DNA of 59,078 nucleotides, counting the filler, from Sphacelaria rigidula (Eukaryota): NCBI GenBank assembly GCA_964200075.2. It is 4 parts of 4 records of this genome, joined end to end, with 100 filler letters (N's around TTAATTAATTAA, not from the genome) between each part and the next. Parts side by side here need not be neighbours in the genome. Positions count along the whole stretch, not along the records: positions 14,798 to 29,492 come from CAXNAA020002089.1; positions 29,593 to 44,285 come from CAXNAA020002090.1; 2 more parts are not named here. One strand, written 5' to 3'. Of the stretch, positions 24,526 through 36,357 are shown in pieces. Below the pieces are notes generated by a model. That model was not told the origin of the DNA. It did no database searches and saw only the letters and a list, made by a program, of their open reading frames with translations. The translations under genes and the position numbers were made by a program. How positions within the stretch are numbered: position 1 is the stretch's first letter; each line of letters opens with the position of its first letter.

Positions 24526-25681
24526 CTATCAAACGAACGAGAAAGAAGAGCGCGATAATAGCAAAAAAAGCCCGTCCCATCATGAAGTGCCTTTGTAAAC
24601 ACGGCAGCCTGTCGGAGTTTTGTCCTGACAGTGACATTGCTTCTAGAACATTATAATTTCCTCAGTTCCCTCTTTTTTTCACCTCTTTTGGAAGGCAACG
24701 GGGCTCAACCAACACGGCATATCTCGTGAACTTTTCTCCCTTTTTGCGTTTTTTTCCCCCAGTCCGCAGTGGGTATCGTATACAGTACCACGACCTGTTT
24801 TTTTAGTTCTTCTGCATGCACATATATTTAGGGCAACAGTAGTCTAGCGCAATACAGTGCAGTATAGTGCAGTGCCGCACAATACTGTAATTCTATCCAG
24901 ACGTACACAGTTCGCCGTTCTCGCGGTCCGGCTCTAAGACAGTACGTGTGTATTTCTCTCAACCCTTGGGTCTTTTCTGAGTTTACTCTGTTTCGTCTTC
25001 TCCTTCCTTCTTCAACTTTCCGCGCTATTCCTTGTATGGTAACATTCGGCGAGTGTGTCCAAACCTTCCACTGTTCGGACGAATCCTCGCCGGTTCGAAT
25101 CACCAAATCCACGATCTTTCAGACCTGATTGCTTGAAAGAGAGAAAAAAAGTCGATCGATGGTCAACAAGGTTCCAACGGAACTTTGGCGTCACTCCACG
25201 CGCCTGTGCTGGGCGTGCCTGGGTTGCAACACTGAAAACAAAACCCAAATATTGATTCGAACGGTACGAATCCATGACACTAAAATGAGTAATATCCAGA
25301 CGAATCACGTCTATCGATCATCTCGTGACTAGGGCCTCCTCTTATCGAGACAAAAAAATAATAATGGAATTGTGACAATGAGAACAAGGGCGACAAACAG
25401 CCCACGTGTGGCGTTTTCACATCCTCATCTGGATTCATATCGGACCAGTCAACCCTTTGGGAACCCAGTGCTGATTTTCGTTATTGTGAATCTGCATCAT
25501 TTTCAATCATTTTCATGGCAATATGATGCCGATTCAGATAAACAAAAATCAGCACTGGGTTTCCAAATGGTCAATGTGCGACAAACGATGGATCAATTTC
25601 CATTAACCTAATCCCGTCGAGGACCTATATTATCTCATCTACTCACCATTGTACTTCACTTCCTGGTTAACTCTCTCTCAC

Positions 25682-25803
25682 CCGTCACAAACAGGGTATC
25701 CCTCCGGCGGACAGCTTCCCTGAGTGTTTTCGCAATCGTAGCGTACGCATTCCTCGTCCCCAATGTTGGTATCTTCGACCTCCAGACAAGACCCGCGTGT
25801 AAT
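25682..25803 (-). CDS. Ectodomain exon B (ITRGSCLEVEDTNIGDEECVRYDCENTQGSCPPEGYPVCDG)
   Basis: CAG acceptor, GG|GTGAGA donor, phase 0 to 2. Confidence 0.78.
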
Positions 25804-26968
25804 CTGTTTCGGGCACAATGTTAATGCGAAGAGTAAAAAAACAAAGGTAAAAAGAGAACCAAAACCAAGCCTGCGCTTTCTCATCCACCGTGTTTTCAAG
25901 GCGCACGCTATTTTCTCCCAAACGAGGCACGTCCAGAACCTTACTTGTCCGTTAGTACGCTAATCATACTTTTCTTTTTACTTCCAACAGTTGCGTATAC
26001 ACACACAAACCAAAGGTGAAATCCACAAGACATGGCATATCTCAGAGTTCCGATACATCAAGAACAACCTAAAAGCCCCAAATTTGGGGCGCGGAGGGGG
26101 GGGGGGGGGGGGGGGGGGGCGTATCAATTTTTTTCTTTCTTTTGTTATTTGTGGGGGGTGTGGGGGGGGGGGGGGGGGTGGTGAATAAGTTTANNNNNNN
26201 NNNGTGGAGGGGCTGCTTGATTTTGGTGTTGTGTTGTCGGGGGGTGGGGGGGGGGGGGGGGGGGGGGGGGCTGGTATATTAGTATCAAGCCCACGTGATT
26301 AGGTAGTCAGAGGTGGAAAAATGAAGTCGGTTTTTCACGTCTCGAAAACACTTTCCTGGAGCCAGAGCAAATATTTACACCGTTTGCGAGACTCTGGTAC
26401 ACGAGTTGACCGCGAGTAAGAAAGGTCGACACTGAGGTGGTGATGAAAACCACACCCTCAACAAAATATTACAATAGCTTACATAGTCAGAAAGATACTG
26501 CGTACAGTATCGACTACCACGTCTATTGCAATAGATTCCATGCAATACGCAGTACATATTTGGCAAGGTACTCTATTGACACCGATGTAATGAAAACACA
26601 CCAGTGAAGCAGGCGGCTGGAATTCGAAGTTTTCTGAAGATCGTGCTGGACTCTACGAGGGTGGGGGGGGATAGTGCCATACTTAAGATATATGGCACCA
26701 GTCCACGGGAACATCCCTATTTTTTTTCATGAAACCCATGAATTAATAGCAGTACTGAGTACATGTTGTTGATTACCTGCATCAAATGAGTTTTTCCAGT
26801 CATTTTACGAATAATTAATGTAGGGATGACAAGCACGTCCACCTCAACATCATCTAGTCTTGCCCAAAGTCAGCCACTATTTGATTGGTCGATTGATTTT
26901 TTCATTGAGAGACTGATTGTTGCACATTATCCGGTACGAATCATGATCCAACCGTGGTAAGTCAAGAC

Positions 26969-27011
<43 letters not shown>

Positions 27012-27495
27012 TCGCCCTTTAACTGACCCCCAAGGGGTCCAGCCGTGGTCTCATGATAGACGTACCCAACAAAAAACGCAACTCACGGACGTACGTATCC
27101 ACGGGCGAATAAATAGACGGGAACACTGCTCAAGGAAAGCTCGAGCAAGGGAAAATACGGTCAGAAGGCAGAAAAAAAACAATCTACACGTCGGACAGAT
27201 CATGATCTGTCTGAAACAACTAATCAAAGAGGACTCTCGAATCCGTTTGTCCAAAAACACAACATATATGACCGCTGAGTCAGAAAAGCCAAAGCGTAAC
27301 CTTTGCGTCACTCGGCGTGCTCGGCGTCCGGCGCTGTAAGGCGAAACCATGGAAAAGGGGGGCCAAATGATCTGGATCATCATCCGGATCAGTATACTGA
27401 GAAGAAGTGATTTTCAGACGGATCATGATCTGTCCGACATGTGGAAACAATCAGACTGAAGAATACGGGAAAATGCCCCCGCATCATGGTTTCAG

Positions 27496-27717
27496 TTAAC
27501 CCTTTTGGAATCCACTGACGATTTCTGTTTTTGTGAATCGGCATCATTTTGACTTGAAAATGATGCCGATTCACAAAAACGAAAATTGTCGATGGATTCC
27601 AAAAGGGTTAACCCTTAGACAGCGAGGGCAGGTCATCTGCTGAATCAGCATCAATATTTACTTGAAAAAAGCGACCGTGGTCCAGATGGACTACCCGCAT
27701 CACGGTCTAGGGGTTAA
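27496..27717. mobile_element. Two piggyBac-like MITEs sharing a TTAA: hairpin type 27500-27607 and asymmetric type 27612-27713
   Basis: TTAA at 27496, 27608 and 27714; CCCTT...AAGGG type ends. Further copies at 25453-25570, 49387-49484 and 58375-58471. Confidence 0.85.
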
Positions 27718-27899
27718 GGAGGCTTTACCCATGAAAACGAAAGGACAGTGGAGGAAAGAAGATAAAGACAGCAGAGGAAGACAAGACGGTAGGAAAATAG
27801 GAATAAAACAATAGAGAGGTGACAAAAGAACATGAGATTGGCACCCAGAAACACGTGTACGTGAATATCCGGTAATCTACAGTGCAGTTACGTAGTTAC

Positions 27900-27997
27900 C
27901 TTGCAATTGTCTGCAGACCCCTGCCAAACAATGGGATAGTAATAGTCGAACTCGCCGGGCCAAGATTCCAAGTACGTAATCTCTACGCCCGCGTAAA
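27900..27997 (-). CDS. Cys-rich ectodomain exon A of a putative ADP1-type ABCG transporter (YAGVEITYLESWPGEFDYYYPIVWQGSADNCK)
   Basis: CAG acceptor, AAG|GTAACT donor, ends phase 0, matching the next exon. Not present in the ORF track. Confidence 0.7.
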
Positions 27998-28610
27998 CTG
28001 CACGATCATTATCCAGTCAAGCAGAGTAACACAAGAGGCATAAGAGGACGCGCGCACGTGACGGGGGGGGCAGCTTAGGTGTACTGCAGTCCAACTCACA
28101 AGGGATGCATCGCAAATGGTAACACAGGGCGGAATGAGTGTTTTATTCTTTTTGCCACGTCAAGTTTTCCTATTGCAATTGTTGCACCACCGGATATTTA
28201 AGGTGCTATGTATATCACACATATTCGTAGTTCATCACCCCTCCCCAAAAACTTCCACGTTTCGTTTTCTTCCGCCACACTGTTAACTGTTGCCTACCTT
28301 CGGATGAGTCCGTGGTCTCAGGTGATAAATCAAGCTATATCTCCGTCGGTACACGGCTTACATTTTGGTCTCGCGGATTGGATGAGAACTTCCGCATCGT
28401 GAGTCATGCTACGATAGAAAGGCGGGGGGGGGGGGTTCGATTCCACGAAAAAATGGGCTCAAAGATGCCTCAGACGATCTAACATACTAGCGGTGCGCTT
28501 ATATTTGGGTAAAAGCGGTGTCAAGCACTATGAATGAGCGTTCTTCATCGGCAGCAAGCGCGTTCGAACGACTGTTGCTGCAATCAACGACGATTGCAAG
28601 TAGAATTTTG

Positions 28611-28964
28611 CACAGGCATCGTAAGTATGGTAGGTACCCGGTACCGGTATTCGGGACATCTCATGCCCTACCGATACAGGTCCGATCAGGTATTTTCAAA
28701 ACCCATACCTACCATACCCACGATATCACGGTATTTCGATATCTCAATGCCTACCGCACCCGCTCAATCGGGTTTTTTCAAATGTCATTCCTACGATATC
28801 TACGATTCCACGGTATTTCGAGATTTCAATACCTACCGTACCCGCTCAATCAGGTACTTCCGAAACTCATACCTACGATACCCACGCATACCACGGTATG
28901 GAATACCCCGGTAAATACCGGGGGTACGTACGCTCGGTACGGTACCTTACCTACGGTTCCTGTG
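28611..28964 (+). mobile_element. Intact 354-bp MITE with CACAGG...CCTGTG TIRs and 8-bp TSD (P- or hAT-type)
   Basis: GAATTTTG at 28603-28610 and 28965-28972; imperfect ~30-bp TIR. Confidence 0.88.
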
Positions 28965-29789
28965 GAATTTTGTGGAATAAAACGGCTAAGACTACCCCCC
29001 CACACAGCCTGGTCCGGCGAGAACCCGGCGTGCTCCGTCCCGGCTTTGTATGAGCGGACCCCCGATGGGGTTGGCGTCGGTTGGCAATGACGCTAGCAAA
29101 CACGCCACTCACTGCGTAAGCTAGGCAACCAGGTTACCGATATTTTTGCGCGCTTGCGTTTTTTTTGCAGTAACCATGATGGTGGTCGAGCTAGATAATG
29201 TTGTGCGGCGTGGGAGAAACTCAACTCCGTACAATGAGGACGATCGTACTACGTAGTGTTTACATGGTGAGACACCAATGAGGCAGTGTATAAGACGTGG
29301 CTGTCTCTGGAAGTGGCGATACCAGAAAATAAAGCAACTCATTATAGGCTGTCATCCAAAGGCAAGATAATCAGTAGGCTTCGGGCCGAACAATCTTGGG
29401 ATGCAGCTCACCCCTCATGCAATTCGCGCTTGTGATTGAGTGCGAGCCTGGGCCGGCGAAAGCCCGGCGTGCTCCGTCCCGGCTTTGTAGGGNNNNNNNN
29501 NNNNNNNNNNNNNNNNNNNNNNNNNNNNNNNNNNNNTTAATTAATTAANNNNNNNNNNNNNNNNNNNNNNNNNNNNNNNNNNNNNNNNNNNNCCCCCCCC
29601 CCCTCAAACACCCCAGGATTAAAAAAAAAAAAAGGGATAGGGCCCCGCATTTTTTGGGGGGGCCCTCGGGGGGGGGGGGGGGGGGGAGTCCCAACCCCAT
29701 GACTCATTCTCCCACTTTCGATCCCACGAGGGAAGGGGGGGTGTACAAACTACCGTATACGGCTGTTTCCGCACGAACTTATATGCAAA

Positions 29790-30175
29790 ACGACTCACTT
29801 GATCTCAGGCTAGCTGAGGCAAGTTTCTTTTTTTCCTGAACTGGGTACACGTGAGCCACATCACTTGATCTTAGACTATAGCTGAGGCAAGTTACAGGTG
29901 AACCTCGTCGCTTGATCATAGACTAGCTGCTACTGCAGGTTGCTTCGTCTGAAAATTGGGGAGGCAAGTCACTAGACTTGTGCGTGGAGGAAACAGTAAG
30001 TCTCTTGATCGTGCCGTGGGTGAGCCAAGTCAATCCATCTTATACGGTAGTTGGTGAGGCAAGGCGCTTCATCTTAGACTAGGTGAGGCCAGCTATTTGG
30101 ACGATTTCACGTGAGCCAAGTCGCTTGATTTTACCCTTGATGTTTGGCGTGGTGGAACAAGATACTTGAGCTAAG
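29790..30175. repeat. Degenerate ~35-bp tandem repeats; inverted relatives at about 11500-11645
   Basis: Recurring TGAG(G/C)CAAGTCACTTGATCTTAGACTAG-like units. Confidence 0.7.
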
Positions 30176-30689
30176 TACAGCTGCTCCGGCGAGAACGACT
30201 GTTTAACCTTTTGGAGTTGGGGAACGCGGCAGCGTCGCGGCGAGACTCTCCTGTTTTTGAAACCGTCGAAAACGCGGCGAGACTTTCTCTCCCCCGAGGA
30301 CGCGCGCGCAAGACGCACGACGACGTGAGCACACAATCGGACCGGCAGAACCTGCCCCCGAACGGCCACGACTTCCATCGCACAGTCATAGATGTCATGA
30401 TATATTGTAATGGATCACAATTGAACGTCCCCCGCGCGTTGGATCGTTTCCCGATAGATACTTGTAGAGCCACCGAAAAAAGCTGTGAAAAGACCCAACA
30501 CGTCCAACAAAAAAAGTGTTTTGCGGAGGGGAAACAACATCTTTCTCGGCCTGCCAGAGAAGCGGGTAGGCGGAGGGGGGCTATGGTCAGGGAGGTTTGC
30601 TCCGCCTACCCTTGATTTGCAGGGTACAGGCTGGTTCGCGCTGATCACCCAAAATGTGTCATCAGTAGTACATGCCTTCAACAATTCGC

Positions 30690-30956
30690 ACATCGCTGTC
30701 GCACACATGGAATCATACTGGCCGCAATGAACAGACGAAGATGGTGACGTACCCGATGTCTCGTTCAAGACCACAACGGTGGCGCTAAGGGCGAGGAGGT
30801 ACCTCGACCAATAAGCTCCCTTTAATTTGTTCGGAAATCGTAAACATGAATTTCCAACTCAATTTTTACCCAATCGGAACCCACCGTAAATCGTAGTGAT
30901 CGCGATCAGCTCGGGAATTTGATTGAAAAACATACTTGAAAAAAGAGCTCTAGTTA
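30690..30956. repeat. ~270-bp segment, inverted homologue of 42897-43165 (internal part of a DNA-transposon-like repeat)
   Basis: Shared ATCATACTGGCCGCAATGAACAG, TCTCGTTCAAGACCACA, CCTCGACCAATAAG and AGAGCTCTAGTT. Confidence 0.8.
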
Positions 30957-32400
30957 TTCCTGTTGCGCCACTCGCATCTCTTTTCTTTTTGCGCTTCTCT
31001 GTGACGAATCCCCACGCACGTTCCACGATCCTATTCTCAACTTCCTTTCCGAATCATTATCTGCTCTCCTGCTGCCTACTGTTCTCTCTACGTCGCTTTC
31101 ACTTATACTTCCCCTTGCTTGATTATTTTTCCCGTTTCCGGGTTGGTCTTTGTCTATTTGTTTCGGGGCGCTGTGTCCCCTCTCCTTCCTCTTCCGGCCA
31201 CTTACCTGTTCCTGCCTCTCTCCCCCTCCGTTTACCGGTGAAGTACGTCTTAGGTTTGTTGTTCCATAAGCTATGCATACTCTCCATCCTACCTTTCTAT
31301 CCCATGCCGACACCTTACTTGTCTCTATTTTTTCCCACTCCTTGCTCGCGCTCTGTTTTGGCGTGACTCGAAAGTGTTCTCCGTCCCTCACTACTTTTCC
31401 TGTTGCCAAACAGTATAGTTCATCTCCATTGTATATCTTTTGAATTCTATTCTCGTCATGTCGCTACGAACTCCGAATGTCATCACTCCTAGTACTTTAT
31501 CCGTCCACTCTTTACTTCTCCGTCCACTCTTTACTTCTCCGTCCGCCCTTCCTTTTCGGGTCTCTCTCTCTCTCTCTCCCCCTCCCTCTCTCGATCTCCT
31601 TCGAGACAATCTTCAGCTCGTTCGTTTCGAGTGTGTTGGTGGGATGTAGTCACTGTACTGGGACATCCCAATCCTAGTATTTATTGGGGTCTGATGCATT
31701 TTAGTTCTTTTGCTGGCTGACCGACACCAAATAATGCCTCCAGCATGCGCTCGTAGCCTGAAGCCAAGTTCAACACCTTTCACACAAGTACCCCACGTTT
31801 GTGTCAGGCGATCTTCGTGGTGAACCATCCAGGCGTCCCACGATCGTATCTAGTATCTTCTTGCCCCGCTGCTGTACTGGTCACTTTCCTCCAGGGAGGT
31901 CGTTTTCACCGTGTAAGGTTCAAGAGCGGCTTGCGTAGCACAAGGTCTTACTCACATCGGGATGTCCCGTACATCCCTCTTCCCACTCCATGTACGGCTC
32001 ATCATGGGGCGCTATTCCACTAATGCTTCCGAGTAGACCTTCGCTGCCGAAACCTTGGGCAACAATTCCCCCACACTTTGCACCAGCTTCTATCCTTCAG
32101 GATCTCAAGAAGTCTACGCACCGCTTGGTGCTCGTTGTCGTAGGTCATGTGGCCGGCCACTTGTAAGGTGATTGTTTCATGAGTGCAGCAGGTCTTGACA
32201 CTTATGCCACACATTGTCCACCCCTCCCTATCATGAGGCATCTTTTGCACCTAATGTCCGAAATTTCAGGAAAATGGCTGACCGGATTTCCACGGCCCAC
32301 TGGGATCCGGTAAGGGTTTACGGATGTCTCACCACGAGACCCCAACCTCCATGCGAATTCATCATGGAGGGGGTGATGACCCTATCCTATCCGTGCTGGT
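30957..32400 (-). mobile_element. 5' remnant of a non-LTR retrotransposon (LINE): decayed ORF1-like region and start of AP endonuclease
   Basis: KLRIGSWNVRG at 31011-31043 is the typical first motif of LINE APE domains; truncated at about 30957. The upstream extent is inferred. Confidence 0.6.
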
Positions 32401-32569
32401 GATGTATTTTGTGTTCTCGATTTGCATATAAGGTGGTCAACCTTCACGCTATTACTTGTCTAGGTTTGGTTTTATTCTTGTCTTACCTTTGTCATGATAT
32501 GGGGGGAAGAATCTCGATTATTTCCCGTCTTGATTTGGGAATGTATATACATCTTCTCTCGCTATTTCA

Positions 32570-33720
32570 CGCCTCTATCCGGGCTGTGTTATCGTAGATT
32601 GACGAAAAAAGATGGTTAGCTTCTTCATTTCATGTCTATATCCAGGCCGTATCACGATAAGTTCAAGAAAACGGGTGGTTTGCTGCTTCATTTCATGCCC
32701 ATGTTCGTGCTGTGTATGACAGGTCAAAGAAAAAGGATGGTGAGCTTCTCTGTTTCATGTCCATATCCGGGCTATGTTATGGTAGGTTCCAGGGTTAGTT
32801 TCTCTGTTTCATGTTCATGTCCGGGCTGTGTTGTGGTAGGTTAAAGAAAAAGCAAGCTTAGCGTCTTCATTTCATGTCTATATCCGGGCTGTGTTATGGT
32901 AGGTTGAATAAAAAGCAGGGCTAGCTCCTCTATTTGATGTCTTTGCCCGGGCTGTGTTTTGGTAGGCTCAAGAAAAAGGATAGTCCGCTCCTCTAGCTCA
33001 GTATTATATCCGGGCTGTGTCATAGTAGCTTGAAAAAGACAGGGATGGGTGCTTTATTTCATTGCTATAACCGGGTTGCGTTATGGTAGGTTGAAGAAAA
33101 AGCTGGTTTAGCATATCTTTTTGATGTCTTTGCCCGGGCTGTGTAATAATCGGTTGAAAAAGAAGGATGATAAGTTTCTCTAGCTCAGTTCTATATCCGA
33201 GCTGTGTTCTAGTATGCTGAAGAAAAATCAGGGTTAACTTCTCTATTTCATGTCTGTGTACGGGCTGCGTTACAATAGGTTGAAGAATAAACAGGGTCAG
33301 CTCCTCTATGTCATGGCTGTGTATGGGCTGTGTCATGGTATGTTGAAGAAAAGCTGAGTTAGTTTCTCTGGCCCATGTCTATGTCCGGGCTGTGTCACGG
33401 AAGGTTGAAGAAGAAGGATGTTAAGCTTCTCTAGCTCATGTCTATGTCCGGGCTGTGTCATGGAAGGTTGAAGAAGAAGGATGTTAAGCTTCCCTATTTC
33501 ATGCCTATGTCCGGGCTGTGTCATGGTAGTTTACAGAAAAAAGGATGGACAGCTGCTCTATTTCATGTCTATGTGCGGGCTGTGTCATGGTAGGTTAAAG
33601 AAGAAGGATGTTTAGCTTCTCTATTTCATGCCCATGTCTCGGTTGTGTTATGGTACGTCAAAGAAAATGGATGGTTCGCTTCTCTATTTCATGCACATGT
33701 CCTGGGTGTGTTATGGTAGC
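32570..33720. repeat. Tandem array of about 18-19 copies of a 62-63-bp unit
   Basis: Consensus about TATGTCCGGGCTGTGTCATGGTAGGTTGAAGAAAAAGGATGGTTAGCTTCTCTATTTCATGTC; the CCGGG core recurs about every 63 bp. Confidence 0.93.
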
Positions 33721-34099
33721 GAAAAAAAGAGAAAACAGAAAAAAGGAGAAAAAATGTAGAGAAAGAGGGAGAGGAAGAAGCAAAAGACGAAAATGAAGGG
33801 GAAAACACACAGAATAGAGAAGAGGAAGGAATTGAAAAAAAAAAGAAAAGAGACCAGCTCTCTTATGTCACGTCTACATCCATCTTGTGTCATTCTGGGG
33901 GGAAACACAATTGGGTTTTAGCTTTTTGTACGTCTATTTATGTTTGTCGGCGCGTGACTTCTTTTTGTCTGGTGGTGGTTCATGGTATAGGTACTGCGAC
34001 AGCCTGCGTACTTTTATGTCTAGGTTCTGGTAGCTTGTTTTGCAGCGCCATTGCCTCTCAACGCCAACCGAAGAGTCTAGAGGTGAGGGGGGGTATTGA

Positions 34100-34920
34100 A
34101 TCAGGGAGGTGGGGGGGCGTTATCGTATGGCATCATTATTCGATGAAAATAAGGGGAATATCCGATAAGGGAGGGCAACTCCCAAGAGAAAGCGTTTGTC
34201 AAATGGTAGGGCTGATACTGTTTCGGTTGTCGAGACTGGCTCACTGCACATCAAATTTACACTCTTTGTTGGGGTCTGTCTACACACAGAGTAGTTGACG
34301 TTTCTTCCCCCCTTGAGTTGCTTCAACTCCTGTATTTTTGGGATGATATTCTTGCAGAGGAAAATTTATTGAAGAGGGAGACGGCAGTAATAACTATTTC
34401 AGGAGCTTCATGTCGGCAGAGTCCCTAACGAATATTGCATTTGATATCGGTGACTTGAAACGAAATGGAGTGAGCAACCGCTAACTTTGTCTACAATATT
34501 TTGAAAGCTTGCGGGGCTTTGCGTTCTGTTCTGAGTTACTTCCCCGTAGAGTGTACGGGGCACATGTCGAGGTGAGTTACTGCGCCCCACCAAAAACCCT
34601 TTCACGGTCTGCATTTGGTATTCTAGGCTCTGTGAAGCGACTGAGTTGGCTGTAGACTATTTTTCGCTGAGATAACATGGAGGGATTAAGCTTGCAGGCG
34701 TTCGCTGATGTCGACTGCGCTAGTAGCTGATAAGTGGTCGGCATCGCACAGGGGTTGATGATGATGTTTGGAGGTGAATAGATACCTTCCTTGGCCTTCT
34801 AAGACTCAGGCAGGATATTGGAAGCAGGTTTTGCGTTTCATATTATACGGCAGGTGGGAACGCTGTGCATTCCTGTGTGTTCGAGGATATATCTCGCATT
34901 TGGGTGTTTTGAATTGAACT
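34100..34920 (+). mobile_element. Highly decayed Ty1/Copia RT-RNase H fragment
   Basis: Frameshifted peptides YCAPPK..AFGILGSVKR, GLSLQAFADVDCAS, MMFGG and WPSKTQ follow the Copia pattern L.AFADADYA..RRS.SG..GG..SW.S.TQ. Confidence 0.7.
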
Positions 34921-35912
34921 ACATCATTCGATTCGAATTTGGGTTCCCCTTGATATCTCGAGAATAGTAAGTGGTACCGAACCACTCCTACAGCTTTTCA
35001 AAGTTGTGTTGTGTAGAGTATACCGGCTGAAATTCTTCATCGGATATTTACATAAGTAGACAAGAAGTATTTTATCGGCAAATACGTTTCCCAGCCATAC
35101 CGGATTGTTCGGAATAAGGCTCGATAGAGGCCCTGCCGGACCATACCGAAACGGTCCGTACACATTTCAGTACGGTTTAGAACGCCAAGCAGGGTTCTCC
35201 CACTTCGGGGTACACCCTACAGATCACAACCTCGCAAGGTTTCATATTGCAAGTAATATTTTTCGCGTCTAATTTCAGGGGAATATTGTGTGAGAAACGT
35301 AAAGTTACTCCAGGGAGCACTACCATGGAGCCTGAGTGCAGGGTTGCCGTATACACGGAATCATTTTTGTTGGGTATGACTGAAGACCATCGCTTCATAC
35401 CAACAGTACTTCTTTCGTTTCTTCGTCTTCTTCCTCACACTTTGAACCCCTCCCCTTCCTCGGGAAGTCCGTGGTCTCAGGGGATCACCCCATCTCTCCC
35501 CCGGTACGCGCCTTTCATTTTGGTCTCGCAGATTGGGTCAGCACTCCCGCACCGCGTCAACTCCCGTGTATCGAGGGAGAGAGATTCAGGATTTGAGCTT
35601 CCGATTACCAAATTAGATGAGCTAGCGATGTCTGTGGGTGGCTGAAAGGGGTGTTTCCCTGACAAGATGAGGTTTTCAATTGTTAGTTCTGGATTATGTT
35701 GTATATATTTGGTGACATTGTTTACCTGTCTCCGGAATCAAGGCGTTTCTGCGCTATTATATTTTCAGGATGAAGCATAGGGGCTTAGCCTGGACCAGGG
35801 GGGCTGATCGAATAATCTCGCACTCAGCCAGATCGTTATGTAACGGGCATATGAAATGCAGGTACATGTCAAAGATACCGGTACTGCTAGAATGAACGAT
35901 AGCATAGTGACG

Positions 35913-36166
35913 TGTAGCCGAATGATACCAGGCCGTAAGGTTTCAGTATAATCGCACGCATCATTGGAGTAGTGGCAGGGAACAGGGGATCCTGGATTGA
36001 TTACCCTTTGCTGTCTAGTCCCTTGCTGTCTGGCTCGTAGTCTGTTGAGGATCACTCCGTGGTATTAACAAGTTTTAAGAAAGGACTCGTCGAGCACGAG
36101 CCCGGTGATACTGGAAGAGTCCCTCGCTGGAAGTCCTCTTGTCCAGGCCGTCTGGCAGAGGCTGCA
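35913..36166 (+). repeat. 5' LTR (254 bp)
   Basis: TGTAGCC...GGCTGCA; direct repeat of 41414-41652 with an extra 15-bp internal duplication. Confidence 0.92.
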
Positions 36167-36357
36167 ATATCTAGATATTTCTCGGCACTCTGTTGGAGGA
36201 GTTCGGTTGAGGAAGAGGGGCCGCAGCTGGCAGCAGTCTGGCCCACAGGCGGAAGGAGATCAACTTGAAGCGCACAACGGTGGGGGACGCTCCGTGGGCT
36301 GGAGAACGCACAAGTCAGGCAAGAGTCTCTCCGTGAAGTGTTTGAGTCCCAGAGGAC

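Noticed and set aside
32570..33720. Possible CRISPR-like array
   Set aside because: The variable parts of units are homologous to each other, so there are no unique spacers; no cas genes; eukaryotic context.
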